A stretch of DNA of 64,000 nucleotides from positions 52,762,001-52,826,000 of the forward strand of contig CM060734.1 in assembly GCA_030704615.1 (NCBI GenBank). Direction: 5' to 3'. This document shows, in pieces, positions 24,332 to 35,658 of this stretch; the stretch's first letter is position 1, and every line of letters starts with the position of its first letter. A model generated the notes under the pieces. The model was not told the origin of the DNA and searched no databases. It worked only from the letters and a program-made list of their open reading frames with translations. The translations under genes were made by a program, and so were the position numbers. Source of the stretch: Takakia lepidozioides. Taxonomy: Eukaryota > Plantae > Bryophyta.

Positions 24332-25334
24332 TCGTCAGATGACCAAAGCAATTCAACAACACCTTGGAGAAGAAGACAAAAGTGACCAGGAAACGAAGGA
24401 ACCCTAAACCAAATGTCTCCTAAGTAAACCAAAAAGCCGAGTCAAGTCTAGTCATCCGTCATCTAGGTCCAACTAGTTATTTACATATAAAGTCCAAAGA
24501 CAAATATACCATACAATGAATGACACGTGTCTCTTGTAAATGTAGCACCCATATATGCAGTTTTATAAAATATATAATTATAGCATATATATGCATAACC
24601 CTATTTTAATTTAAATATGATATCCACAAATAAGGACACCCAATTTTATTTCTAAAAATATTGTAAATTTTATCTTCAAAAAATATTATTCACCCTATAT
24701 ATTTTTTTACACGCCGTTTGGAAAAAATTGGAAATGACTTCCCCGAAAGAAGTGGTTTAAAAAAATAGTACCACTAAGGGGAAGGAGTTGACGAATTTGG
24801 ATCATCTTATTGACGGAGAATTTTGGTCGACTACTGATGTGCTTAGCAAAGTTGATGCAATCATGGTATAGAAAGGAGCTATTCGTCCTAGCGCACCTTT
24901 GTATAACATAGCTAATACGAGGACGATTGGAAGCATGGTCTTTCATGGGAATTTGACTAATTGTACTATCCAATTTACTCTTCATAATCCATAAGCTGCA
25001 ATGTTTTTGCGCATGTCTGACACGTTTTCTGCTCCAAATGATGATTCATCTCCGAAATAGTGTAGGTTAGACATTCATTTGTACAGATTTATGTAGTTCT
25101 ATTCAACCATTCTTACGGCAATCAGGATTTTCAACATTACCCTTGCAGCCGCAATGATCAGTAGTGCAGATTCTTATAAGTACACATTCATGCAGTTTCG
25201 TTCTTACGGCCAACGAGATTTTGATTACTCTTGCAGCCGGTGATAAAATCCAGGAGTATAGATTTGAAGTAATGTTTTGCATATTGATTCAGATCATTCG
25301 AAGCGTTGACACTTGCTTTATCATGTACACAAAT

Positions 25335-26293
25335 TTTTCGCCTCGTGGAGTATTCCACTTCTTTTCCGGTCGGAAGGAGTCACCCTCCCGCCGAGTCTTC
25401 TTGTGGTTCAGCTCCGTTCGACCTTGTCTTTCACCCCTAGGGATATCCGAGAAACATTCAGCCCTTTCAATTGCCTCGTTCAAAGTCTTAGGTGGCTTCT
25501 CCTCCAACTTTCGCCTCGCCCATGGGGCCAGTCCCACCACAAAGTTGAAGACCATTTCTGGCTTCGCCATATCCGCGACTTCGAGCAACAACACATTGAA
25601 AGCCTGAACATATCCCCGAATGTCATCCGTTTGCTTCAAATTCCTCATCTTGTCCCGGGCGAGCCACGACTCGTTGAGGGGAACAAACTATCTTTTCATA
25701 AGTTCCTCGAACCCACTCCAGTTCAAGGTTTCCGGGTTTGGACCTTGGTCTTGAAGGCGTTTCTGCCACCATTGTTGAGCATAGCCCCTCAAATAGGTGG
25801 GAGCCACTTCCACCCGATCTTTGTCATTCAACTTGGCCGCCCGGAAGTACTGCTGTAGCTCCAAGAGCTAGGTGTTGAGTGCCTTTCGATTTCGGACGCT
25901 CTCAAAGGTGCCGGGTTTCTTAGGCTTCACCTTAAACTTTGCCTTAGTGGACGTGGCATTAGCCGCCTTCAACACGTCTTTCAACGTCCCGCCAAACTAC
26001 GCCAACAACCCTTCCCAAAAGGTTGCTGGCATGGGAAACATCTGCTGGTCTGCCGGAGCCTCCGGGAAGTCCTCGGGCTCCGACTCCCCAGATTTCTCCC
26101 GTTCTTTAGCGGCCTCGCTTTCAAAAGCATGAATCGCTTCCTCAAATTGCCGCTTCGGTGACACGTCGCCTCCACCGGGCTCACCAGGATCATCATCTTT
26201 CGGGGCCGTTCCGCTTTCGCTTTGGCTTGCCCGACCCCATGATGAAGCCGATCTCAAGGACGATCGCGTACTGAACTCTAGGCTCTGATACCA
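25335..26293 (-). mobile_element. Chromovirus (Ty3/gypsy) PBS and degenerate gag
   Basis: The tRNA-iMet PBS TGGTATCAGAGCC is at 26293-26281. Gag-like peptides: VKPKKPGTFE, LKQTDDIRGYVQAF, FVVGLAPWAR. Confidence 0.9.
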
Positions 26294-26295
26294 AG

Positions 26296-27021
26296 TGTCG
26301 CGTACCTCATTTCGGTAAGCTCCCCTTCAAGTCATAGTTACTCGCTTTGATGCGCGCGCCTAACTCCCAAACTGGCCGCCGGGCCAACTCGGAGCTTCGG
26401 CTGCTCACCGGGACATAACGGTCCCCTTTTACCCCTCCACGAGACCCTCTCTCAATTTGGGCCAAGTGGAAATTCCCTTTGGTCGATGGCAGTCCGGAAC
26501 AGCTCCCCACACCTTGGTCTCTTTCCGGCTCGCACGTTTACTTATTAGTTTTTGGTCACCAACGGGGCTTGCACCGTTCTCGAGGTTACTACTCCCTATA
26601 TATACTTCTGTGACTGTCCGCGGGGGTTTCACAAACAACCCAGTCATTTTATGGCGAACCACCACGAAAACCCTCGACTCCCGGTGATGAGTCGCGGTGA
26701 GTCTTGGCCCACCCACCATGGCCCCAATGGACTGTGATGAGTCCCAAGACTCCCCACGACTCCCACCACAAGATCTCTGCCCCATGGTGAGTCCTATGCC
26801 ATCCCCACTAAGACCCACTAAGCTACCACCACTCCTCGTGGACCCACCCCCACCGTAACCCGATGTGCGGGGCTCCACCTAGTGAGCGCCTCTGCCTCCT
26901 TGAGTGCCTTGGACACTCAAGGATGCTTCAGCCCCCGTACCTATTGTTGTCACTGCCCCCACCACAGGGGCAGCCCCTCTTGTGTCCCGACCCCCTGCCC
27001 TCAAGGCAAAGGGCCGCGACA
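26296..27021 (-). mobile_element. 726-bp 5' LTR of the chromovirus
   Basis: TGTCGCG...CGCGACA termini, 2 bp from the PBS. The first ~105 bp match 31624-31729 in opposite orientation. Confidence 0.92.
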
Positions 27022-28039
27022 CAGAGATCCAACTCGAGATTGAAACAATAAAAGAATTAAAAAGAATCTCAAATGTCATTTCTGAATTTCAACTCCCCGA
27101 TACTTCCCACAAGCACAAACCCATCCGTTAAAAGTCATCCTTACCTACTAGATACACATGCACATTGAATCTTGAATTCCATATTCCACTTGGGATATTA
27201 TAAGAAATTAAAATGGTCCATTTTGTAGAAAATATGAAAAATCCATGTAAAATTCAGGTTTGACCAAGGACTAGGCCATGTTTCAAAAATTTCGTGGGTA
27301 AATGCTCTTCACATTCACTTGCAAAGTACCACATATAATTGCCACATTTGAGGTCAGCCCTCCAAGAACTGGGGGTGGGGTTTGTATGTGATTGGGGAGA
27401 CTCGGCTAAAATTTCATAATTTCAACAACACATGGGAGAGCTCCCATGGTGTCCTGAAAGTTTTGGCCAATGCAATTTCCAACGGTGAATGTATGTGTTA
27501 CCAACTTACAATCTACACTACCCAAAATATAAATAAATTTGAGCAAAATTGCATTTGCAATGGAGATTTATGTAGATTTTCTAGCCATTTCCAAGTTAGA
27601 CACATACTTGTTGGACTCGACACCTTCTCCGCAGACAGATTCAGACCACGTCACTGGGTCCCTCAGTTTCTTAGGGCCACCTCATTAGTCATGCCCGATT
27701 ACTCTATCTATAAATTGCCAAGGCCTCTCATCCACTGCGTGTGGTTCATCACTCCGTTAACAGTGCTTGTGGTGTATTCGACCCTATCCTGAGGAATATT
27801 GTGAAGCCCAATCGGCCCCGTAATGCAGAATCCACAGTGAGTGCCAATTCTGCCGCAAAAGGCCAACTGTGCCAAAGAATAGACCACCGTATGTATACAT
27901 CGTACATCAAAGGGGTACGAGCTCAAAATTAGAGGGGGAATTAGGGTTTGAAAAGCAAATACGTTGTCTTCTTCGTTGTTCTTCACAAAAATTTCAACAC
28001 AAGTAAGCAAGTTGTAAATCGCTAGCAAAAAAATTCAAT

Positions 28040-28665
28040 GATACGAATTTAATGTTCGTGAGTGGGATAATTTCCGGAACTAACGTGTCGTTGTTGGTGG
28101 ACACAGGAGCGTCGCACTCCTTCATGACACTGGCAACGGCACGAAAGCTGGGGCTCCCGACAAATGATGTGGGGGCCTCTATTGAATTGCGTTCTGCCAA
28201 AGGAGAACCACAACTGGCGACGAGGTTGGCGTTCGATGTTCCTCTTCAGCTGGGGAGTTGGGAGGGACGTGAAACTTCACCATTTGCGAGATCGATGGAA
28301 TGGATCTCATTTTGGGGATGACATTTTTGAGCAAATCAGGAGCGGTCATAGATGGCCGCAAGAGAGTAGTCACGCTACCGTGTGGGAATGGTGACGAAGT
28401 TTTACGAGTGTCGGAAACGCCCAACCCAGTGGGAGGGCGAATAAACCTGCTATCAGCAAATGAGTGGGTTGTGGAGGAGCCACACGAGCCCTAGTTTTTG
28501 CTTTACGTAAGACAAGTGGAGGGAGAAGGCGATAGGGAGCCGAGCCCAGATTGGATCAAGGGGATCTTGGAGAAATACCAGGATGTGATGCCGGAGGATT
28601 TACCAAGCGGCTTGCCACCGCGAAGAGGAGTTGACCACAAGATTGAGGTGATACCGGGATCGGAG
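28040..28665 (+). mobile_element. Chromovirus aspartic protease and start of RT
   Basis: LLVDTGASHSF, DLILGMTFL and DVMPEDLPSGLPPRRGVDHKIEVIPGSE. Confidence 0.9.
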
Positions 28666-30671
28666 CGTACGGAGGTACGAACTTTGGACTCACTTCCGGA
28701 GGTAGTCGAAAATTCTTCATGTTCAACCAGACCTCCGTGCCTGCCTCAAACTTAACTTCCCTCCGCTTTCGATTCGCCTGCCGTTCATACCGTTTCCTAG
28801 CTTTGGCAATGTTGTACTTTGCGAATTTCAACAAACGTTCGCGTTCTTCCAACACCGCTGCTACTGTCGGTTCCTCAACGTCCTGGGCGGCCCAACTTGT
28901 CGGCACCAGAGGTGCTTTTCTATAGACCAATACAAAAGGGGAAACTCCCGTTGTGGAGTGTTTTGTATTATTATAACAAGACTCTGTTGCATCCAAGCGC
29001 TCCACCCAGTCTGATTGGTTTACCGACACATAATTCCGCAAGATCTGCTTTACCATGGAATTCACTCTTTCTGTTTGGCCGTCCGTCGTAGGTCGGAAGG
29101 CCGTACTCATCTTGAGTCTCGTCCCCATCTTCTTCCAAAGTGCCCTCCAAAATTTATTTGTAAACTTTGGATCGCGGTCCGAGACAATATCCTTCGGGAA
29201 TCCATGATGCTTGAAGACGTGGGCGAAGTAAAGTTGTCTCGTCTCTTGCGCCGTTACCGTCTCCTTGGTGGGGATGAAATGACCCATTTTACTGAATCTA
29301 TCCACCACCACCATGATTGCATCGAATCCTTTTGACAGCGGCATAGCAGTCATGAAATCCATCGAGACACTTTCCCAAGACCCCTCTGGTATCGGTAAGG
29401 GTTATAACAGCCCCGCTTGTTTTTTGTACTCGCTCCGGTTTGGTTGGCATGTGGTGCATGTCTTGACATACTCCTCGGCCTCCTCCCTCAGTTTGGGCCA
29501 GAAATACTCTTTCTTCAAGAGTGCCGCGGTGCGCTTGGCTCCGTCGTGGCCCGCAAGCGGGCCTTCGTGACATTCTCTCAAGAGACTATCTTTGATCCCT
29601 CCTTCGCCACGTAGAGGCGCTTTTGCTTGTACCGGAGCAGTCCATTGTGCAAGTGGAACTGTGATTTAACTCCCATTCTCAAGTCCCGCATCACAGACTT
29701 CGCCATTTCATCCTTCCGGATCTTCCTTTGGAGCGTCGTCTCGTCCCTGTACACCAACATGAGCTGCTACTTTTTACTTAAAGCATCGGCCACCACGTTG
29801 TCCCGTCCCGGTTTGTACTGGATATCCACGTCGAACACTGCCAAAGTGTCTTGTCACCTAAGTTGTTTTGGGGTCAACTTAGGCCGTGTGGCAAAATACT
29901 TCACCGTGACAATGTCCGTGAACACCTTCACCGGGTTGGAACCAACATAGTGGCGCCAAAGCTCAAGGCAATGCACCACCGCCTTAATTTCTTTCTCGTG
30001 TGTAGGCCACCTTCGCTCCACTTTATTCAGTTTCTTACTTTCGTAAGCCACTGGTCGTCCGTCCTGTATGAGCACACCCCCAATTGTGAAGTTCGACATA
30101 TCTGTATGGATCTCAAATGGACAGTCGAACTCCGGGATTTTTAGGACCGGAGCTTTCGCCATTCGCTGCTTCAACTCGGCAAAAACTTGGCCATAAAAGG
30201 TGTTCCATACCCATACCTTGGACTTATATAGAAGGTCCGACATCGGCCCCGTGATCTTGGCGAAATTTCTCACATACTTTCGGTAATAGGAGGCGAGTCC
30301 TAGGAAGGACCGCACTCCCGGGACTGAAGTCGGAGGCTCCCAGTCCAAGATCGCCCTCACATTTCTGTCATCCATTTTGATCCCATCTTGTGTAATCACA
30401 TGCCCTAGGAACTCCACTTTTGCGGCCCCAAATTCGTACTTTTGGCATACAACTTCCCTTCCCGCAATTTCTGGAACACCCTTTTGAGGTGCTCCAGGTG
30501 CTCTTCCTTTGTTTTCGAGTACACCAAGATGTTGTCGATGTACACGATCACAAAGTCATCCAACCATTCTTGGAAAAGGCTGTTCATTAGCGTGCTAAAG
30601 GTTGCGGGTGTGTTGGTGAGCCCAAAAGGCATCATCAAGAACTCATATGAACCATATCTTGTCCTGCACGT
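28666..30671 (-). mobile_element. Inverted internal chromovirus segment: RT (3' part), RNase H, integrase
   Basis: [84 protein letters not shown]. Confidence 0.93.
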
Positions 30672-31729
30672 GGAAACGCATCCGAGGCGGTTGCAGCTTT
30701 CGAAGGGCGACCTCAAAAGCGGAAGAAGCGTTGATGGGGACATCAACCTTGGATCGTGGGGAGGAAATGCATGCTTAGCCCGACTTAGCTAGCTCAGGAA
30801 TCCGATTGCAAAAACTTGTGTTGTACAAATTTTGTTATAAATGAAATGGTTTCCAAATGTTGTGCTTCTTATTTTGTTTGGAATGGTGATGCATGGTATG
30901 GTTGGCTAGTGTGTAGAATGCATGCTAGCTTACAAAAGTGAGAGAGGTAAATTGGATTAATCGTGTGTTTGCGTAGTACCGAAATCGGGTGACTCTCATC
31001 CAAGGGGCAAGGAAACTTGTGCCTTCTTTGGAAGTTCATGTGCTAGTGCGCACCTGATGTGTGCGCGTACTATAACTACGCTACCGAGGGGGTTGCCTTG
31101 TAATGCGGGCTAACGCGGAAGCTACGTGCTTCCGTTCACGTACTATAGACGAAGTCGAAGTACGGCTTCGGCGTGTTCCCGTACCTTAGGCCAGCATTCC
31201 AAGGCGGACCCAATTGTAGTGATTGGGGCGCACGGTTGGTTCAAGGTTATCTTCCTAGTAAAAAAAAGGTTCAAGGTGAACCCTTGCTCAAGGTGATGCC
31301 AAAAGCGGCATCATGAGCGGTCGCAAGCAATGTAATTGCAGTAAGGCGATTCGATCCTCGGGGAAGATCGTTCCTTGGCCTTGAAGTAGGCCAAGAAGAA
31401 TGCACTGGGTGGAGCTTGAGAGGCTCCACCCTTGGCCGGGACTTGGAGGAAGTCGGCCGAACTAGCTAGTAGAGAGTAGAGTTAAGTGGGGGTTTGGTTC
31501 TTTGCCATGGGACACCATGGTACGGGAACAAACTCCTTGATGTGGGACGCCACAACTTGGATGCTCGTTTCTACAAAATGGACAAGTCGATGAGGACATC
31601 GACTCCCTGTTGGTAGGGGTGTGTGTCGCGGCCCTTTGCCTTGAGGGCAGGGGGTCGGGACACAAGAGGGGCTGCCCCTGTGGTGGGGGCAGTGGCAACA
31701 ATAGGTACGGGGGCTGAAGCATCCTTGAG
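30672..31729 (+). mobile_element. Chromovirus 3' region: end of chromodomain, 3' spacer, PPT-like tract and truncated 3' LTR (31624-31729)
   Basis: [20 protein letters not shown]. The purine-rich TGGTAGGGG lies just before TGTCGCGGCCC, which matches the LTR start. Confidence 0.8.
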
Positions 31730-33112
31730 ACATTGGCCCATACGTGAGGAATTGAAATCTAAGCCCAAGTGCAATCTCCTATGTATCCAAGTGCTTCTCC
31801 CATGTAGAGGCCCAAGTATGACCTCCACTGTCAACTAACATCTAAGTCCAAGTGCAATCCCCTATGTATCCAAAGACCTACAGTTTGAGAGATCTCTATG
31901 TCATTGCCCACTTTGCTATTTTTGCAATTTCCCCCGTGGAGGCTTCATATATTGATATATCCGCTTCGCCAAAAGTACTTGAAATTCCAAATCTCCCACA
32001 TGAAGGGCCAATCTTTGCTCCAAGAAAATCCACTTTGCTATTTTTCACGAGTTTTCAGCAACCAAAAGTACTTGAAATTCGACATCTCCCACACCGCAGG
32101 TCCAAACATTATGAGACCAAGTCAATGCACCCCTCCTCATCGAGGGCTTTCCAAGGGTACCAAGCACCAAGGCTGGCCCCGCAGTTCGGGACATCTCAAC
32201 GTGACAAAACAAACAAAACAAACAAACTAGCTTGCTTCATATATTGACTAGGGTAGCTTGTGCCGTTGGCCCAAGTATCCAATGTCATCTAAGCCCAAGT
32301 GCAAGATCTCCTATGCGTCTCCTATGTCGAGGCCCAAGTGCGACCTCTAGGGTAGCCTGTGCCGTTGGCCCAAGTGTCTAGTGTCATCTAACTTGTCTAA
32401 GTGCAATCCCAAGTGCGTCTCCTATGTCGAGGTCCACGTGTGAAGAATTGAATTCTAGGCCCAAGTGCAATCTCCTATGTGTCCAAATGCTTTTCCCATG
32501 AAAAGGCCCAAGTGTGACCTCCAGTGTCCAATGTCATCCAAGTCCAAGTGCAATCCCCTATGTATCAAAGTGCATCTCCTATGTCGAGGCCCAAATGCAA
32601 CCTCTAGGGTAGCCTGTGCCGTTGGCCCAAGTGTCCAATGTCATCTAAGTCCAAGTGCATCAATATATGAACCAAGCCATATCTAATAATTTTTTTTTTC
32701 CACAGAGCCTACGACCACATTTGAACTGGAGACCTTTCCCTTGATATCTCGCTCCAACCATTGTCCAGCAACCAAAAGTACTTGAAATTCATTTTAACCA
32801 TATCTCATCGTTCTTTTCCCATAGAGCCTACGACCAGATTTGAACCGGAGACCTTTCTCTTGATATCTCTCTTGTTGAGGCTCCAACCATTGTCCCAGGA
32901 AAGTCCATTTTGCTATTTTCACGAATTTCCAGCGACCAAGAGTACTTGAAATTCCACATCTCTCACACCGCAGGTCCAAAAATCATGAGACCAAGCCAGT
33001 GCACCCCTCCTCGTCGAGGGCTTTCCAACGGTACCAAGCACCAGGGCTAGGCCCCGTGGTTCGGGACATCTCAACGTGACAAAACAAACAAACGTCTCGC
33101 TTCATATATTGA
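31730..33112 (-). mobile_element. Two head-to-tail non-autonomous Helitron-like elements (33112-32248 and 32247-~31730)
   Basis: 5' end A|TCAATATATGAAGC and 3' end GGGCCAACGGCACAAGCTACCCTAG, joined directly as CTAG|TC at 32248/32247. Internal ~33-bp GGCCCAAGTG repeats. Same family as 58528-59272. Confidence 0.8.
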
Positions 33113-33240
33113 TACGTCGGTTGCCATCCTGTCAAATCCACACCACCCCCTCTCAAGAATGACACCAAAAGGGAGTGATCACACAAGATAGGTGACAGGT
33201 TGGAGTGACACCGGAGCGACATGAGACCTTTTTTTTAATT

Positions 33241-33336
33241 TAAATTTTTTGACATTGGACATTGAAGTGTGGCTCCAATCAGTGTAATTTAAATTTTTTG
33301 ACATTGGACATTGAAGTGTGGCTCCAATCAGTGTAA
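33241..33336. repeat. 49-bp tandem duplication
   Basis: TAAATTTTTTGACATTGGACATTGAAGTGTGGCTCCAATCAGTGTAA occurs twice, at 33241 and 33290. Confidence 0.95.
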
Positions 33337-35658
33337 CTCCCACTGCGTTGTCAGGAAATTTGACCAAGTATACAAAATACAAAGAGGAAGAATGATACAA
33401 AGACCGATGTAGATAGTAGACTGACACCTGAACCAGTAGACCAACACCTGTCCCAATGATGTTCTGGGTCTGAGACACTTGTCCCAGTCCCATAACTATC
33501 GGACAAAATTCCGTTACATCCCTAATCCACCCTGCCCAATCTGTCCACGTGGGATTTGTTTTTTCCCTAAAAAAGGAAACACCCCTGAAATCAGGCCCCT
33601 TGTAAGTTTAGTGAGAGGAGAAAATAAAATCTTAAAAAAAGAAAAAAAAGAAAAAAGAAAGAAAGAAGAAGAACCCAGATTATCTACCATGGATGACGTG
33701 TCCGGAATGGATGAAACTAGAGCAGCCACAGTGGATGACTTGGTTAGCGGCGATACAATACTTATATATAGTTAATTAATTTTGCTTTTATGACGGGTGG
33801 GCGAAGGTGGGTGGATTGTGGACTCAGTCATCCTCCACAATAATTGAAATTTTGGGCTCAAGAGATTTAAATCGCGATAGATTACCATGCAAAGATTTGA
33901 GTACAGAGTTGCAGGAGAGAATGCTTCTTTTGCTCAGCTTTTTCTCCGCGTCCTAATTTGCTTAGTTATAGTTGTAGAACTAGTATTGTGCAAACAAGTG
34001 AGTCAGTGCCCTCACTTCCTTCAAACTGGTTCAGACGTGATGCCCTCTCCTTAGGCTTATGGGATTTGTTTTGAGGATGTCAAAGAGAAGAGTTGCAGGA
34101 GAGTGATGGGCTTCTGGGAGAAAGTTGGGGCTGCCATCTTGAATCTGGAACATGGCAATGACAGACTGGCAGCTGAATGTCTGGAATGTGGTCCATCGAA
34201 GGAAATTGTTTGCTTCCATCAAGCCATAGATGGTATCGCGTTTCCAACATCTTGGACTTCCCCAACAAGAGGAGTCTTGAGGTCTATGATTCAAGACACC
34301 CAAACCCAGCCATCGCCTGTTGCATGCTTCCATAAGTGTCTCTGCCACATCCTCTCCTTTACATCATTGTTTATACACCAGATGCACCCCGTCACAAATA
34401 GAAAGTTTGATCTACCGACTGCTGGTACACAGTAGTGTGACCACCATATCATTTTAGCAAGAGTTTATTTTACTTATTTAGGGAATCCTAGGACACTTCA
34501 GGCCTTACAAGAGGATGGGGAAAAGTTAACTCCCTTTCATGTGACCCATGGAGGCATACAGGACTGACCTTTAGAACAGACCTAATTTAGGCCAGGAACC
34601 AGACAATGCCAGGCCCCACAAGGTTGCAGGGGGAACCCTGCATAGTTCCCACTTGGACTCGGCAACAACTCGTCTTCTCTTTCATATGTGTTCTCCATTT
34701 CACAAACACAAATTGGATGCAATGTCAGTGCCAGAGTGACATTCCAAATCTTACCAACTGCCCATTTCCGCACATCCCACATTTTATATGTCGTGTGTGG
34801 TTAAGTTTCTCTCTTCAATTTTGAGAGATTGGAACAACTGTGGTGATGTTCAAGCAACACCTGAGGCAAAACTCCTTTACCATTTCAGTGGTAGGACTGG
34901 TTGGTAACAATTTGGAAACATAAGGAGTCTTCTCAAAGTGCTCTCAATCATTGACACCTTAAAGATAGAGAAGAAAAGAGGGATAAAGCAAACAAAGAAG
35001 ATCATTTGATGAGTGTGGCAATTGTATGCCCCAGGTATGGTTGCCTGAGGGTTGGTTACATTCACCTTCATTCGTTCTATGGTGGAGCTTCACTTAGCTT
35101 TTGTGGGTGGACTGGAAATTATAGCAGTCAGGGAACTTGAAGTTTCGTATCTCTCTAAATGAAGACCCACATGAGTGGGACCCAAACACGAGCTCTAACT
35201 TGAAGCATGTTCAAGTGAAATTCAAGTTGTTACCACTTCAAGGCAATTGTCTCCACGGACCCTACAAGAGAGAACCAAAGTCCACAATGTTGCTTAGAAG
35301 CCACACAAACGAAGTTGAAAAATAGGGTAATTGAGACGAGATGACATTCTCGCAGTTCTGCAAGTACTTTCCTCCTGTGAGGGCTTTAAGCCATTTGCTC
35401 ATTCAAAAGCAAGGGAAATGTCCATCAATGTACTCCAACAATGCTTGCAGGCTGTCGTAACCCAGCTTTCTGCAATGTGGTGGTCAATCTCATAATATAC
35501 AGAACAAGATTCATAATGTATACAGAACCAGCTTCTTAATATACATAGGATCATGCATGGGGATCATAAAACTAATTGAGTCCATAATTATTCTCGTAGA
35601 TAAATCTCTATGTCGATACCATAAACTTCCAGAATGACATTCACAAGCCTTTCCAAAG

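Noticed and set aside
31730-32660. Regularly spaced GGCCCAAGTG repeats as a CRISPR array
   Set aside because: The intervening sequences are themselves repeated, the context is eukaryotic, and the repeats are internal to a Helitron-like family.
34030-34430. Possible L1 RT remnant (GLGVLN-like motif); similar weak hint at 59300-59850
   Set aside because: Only single short motifs, which is insufficient evidence.
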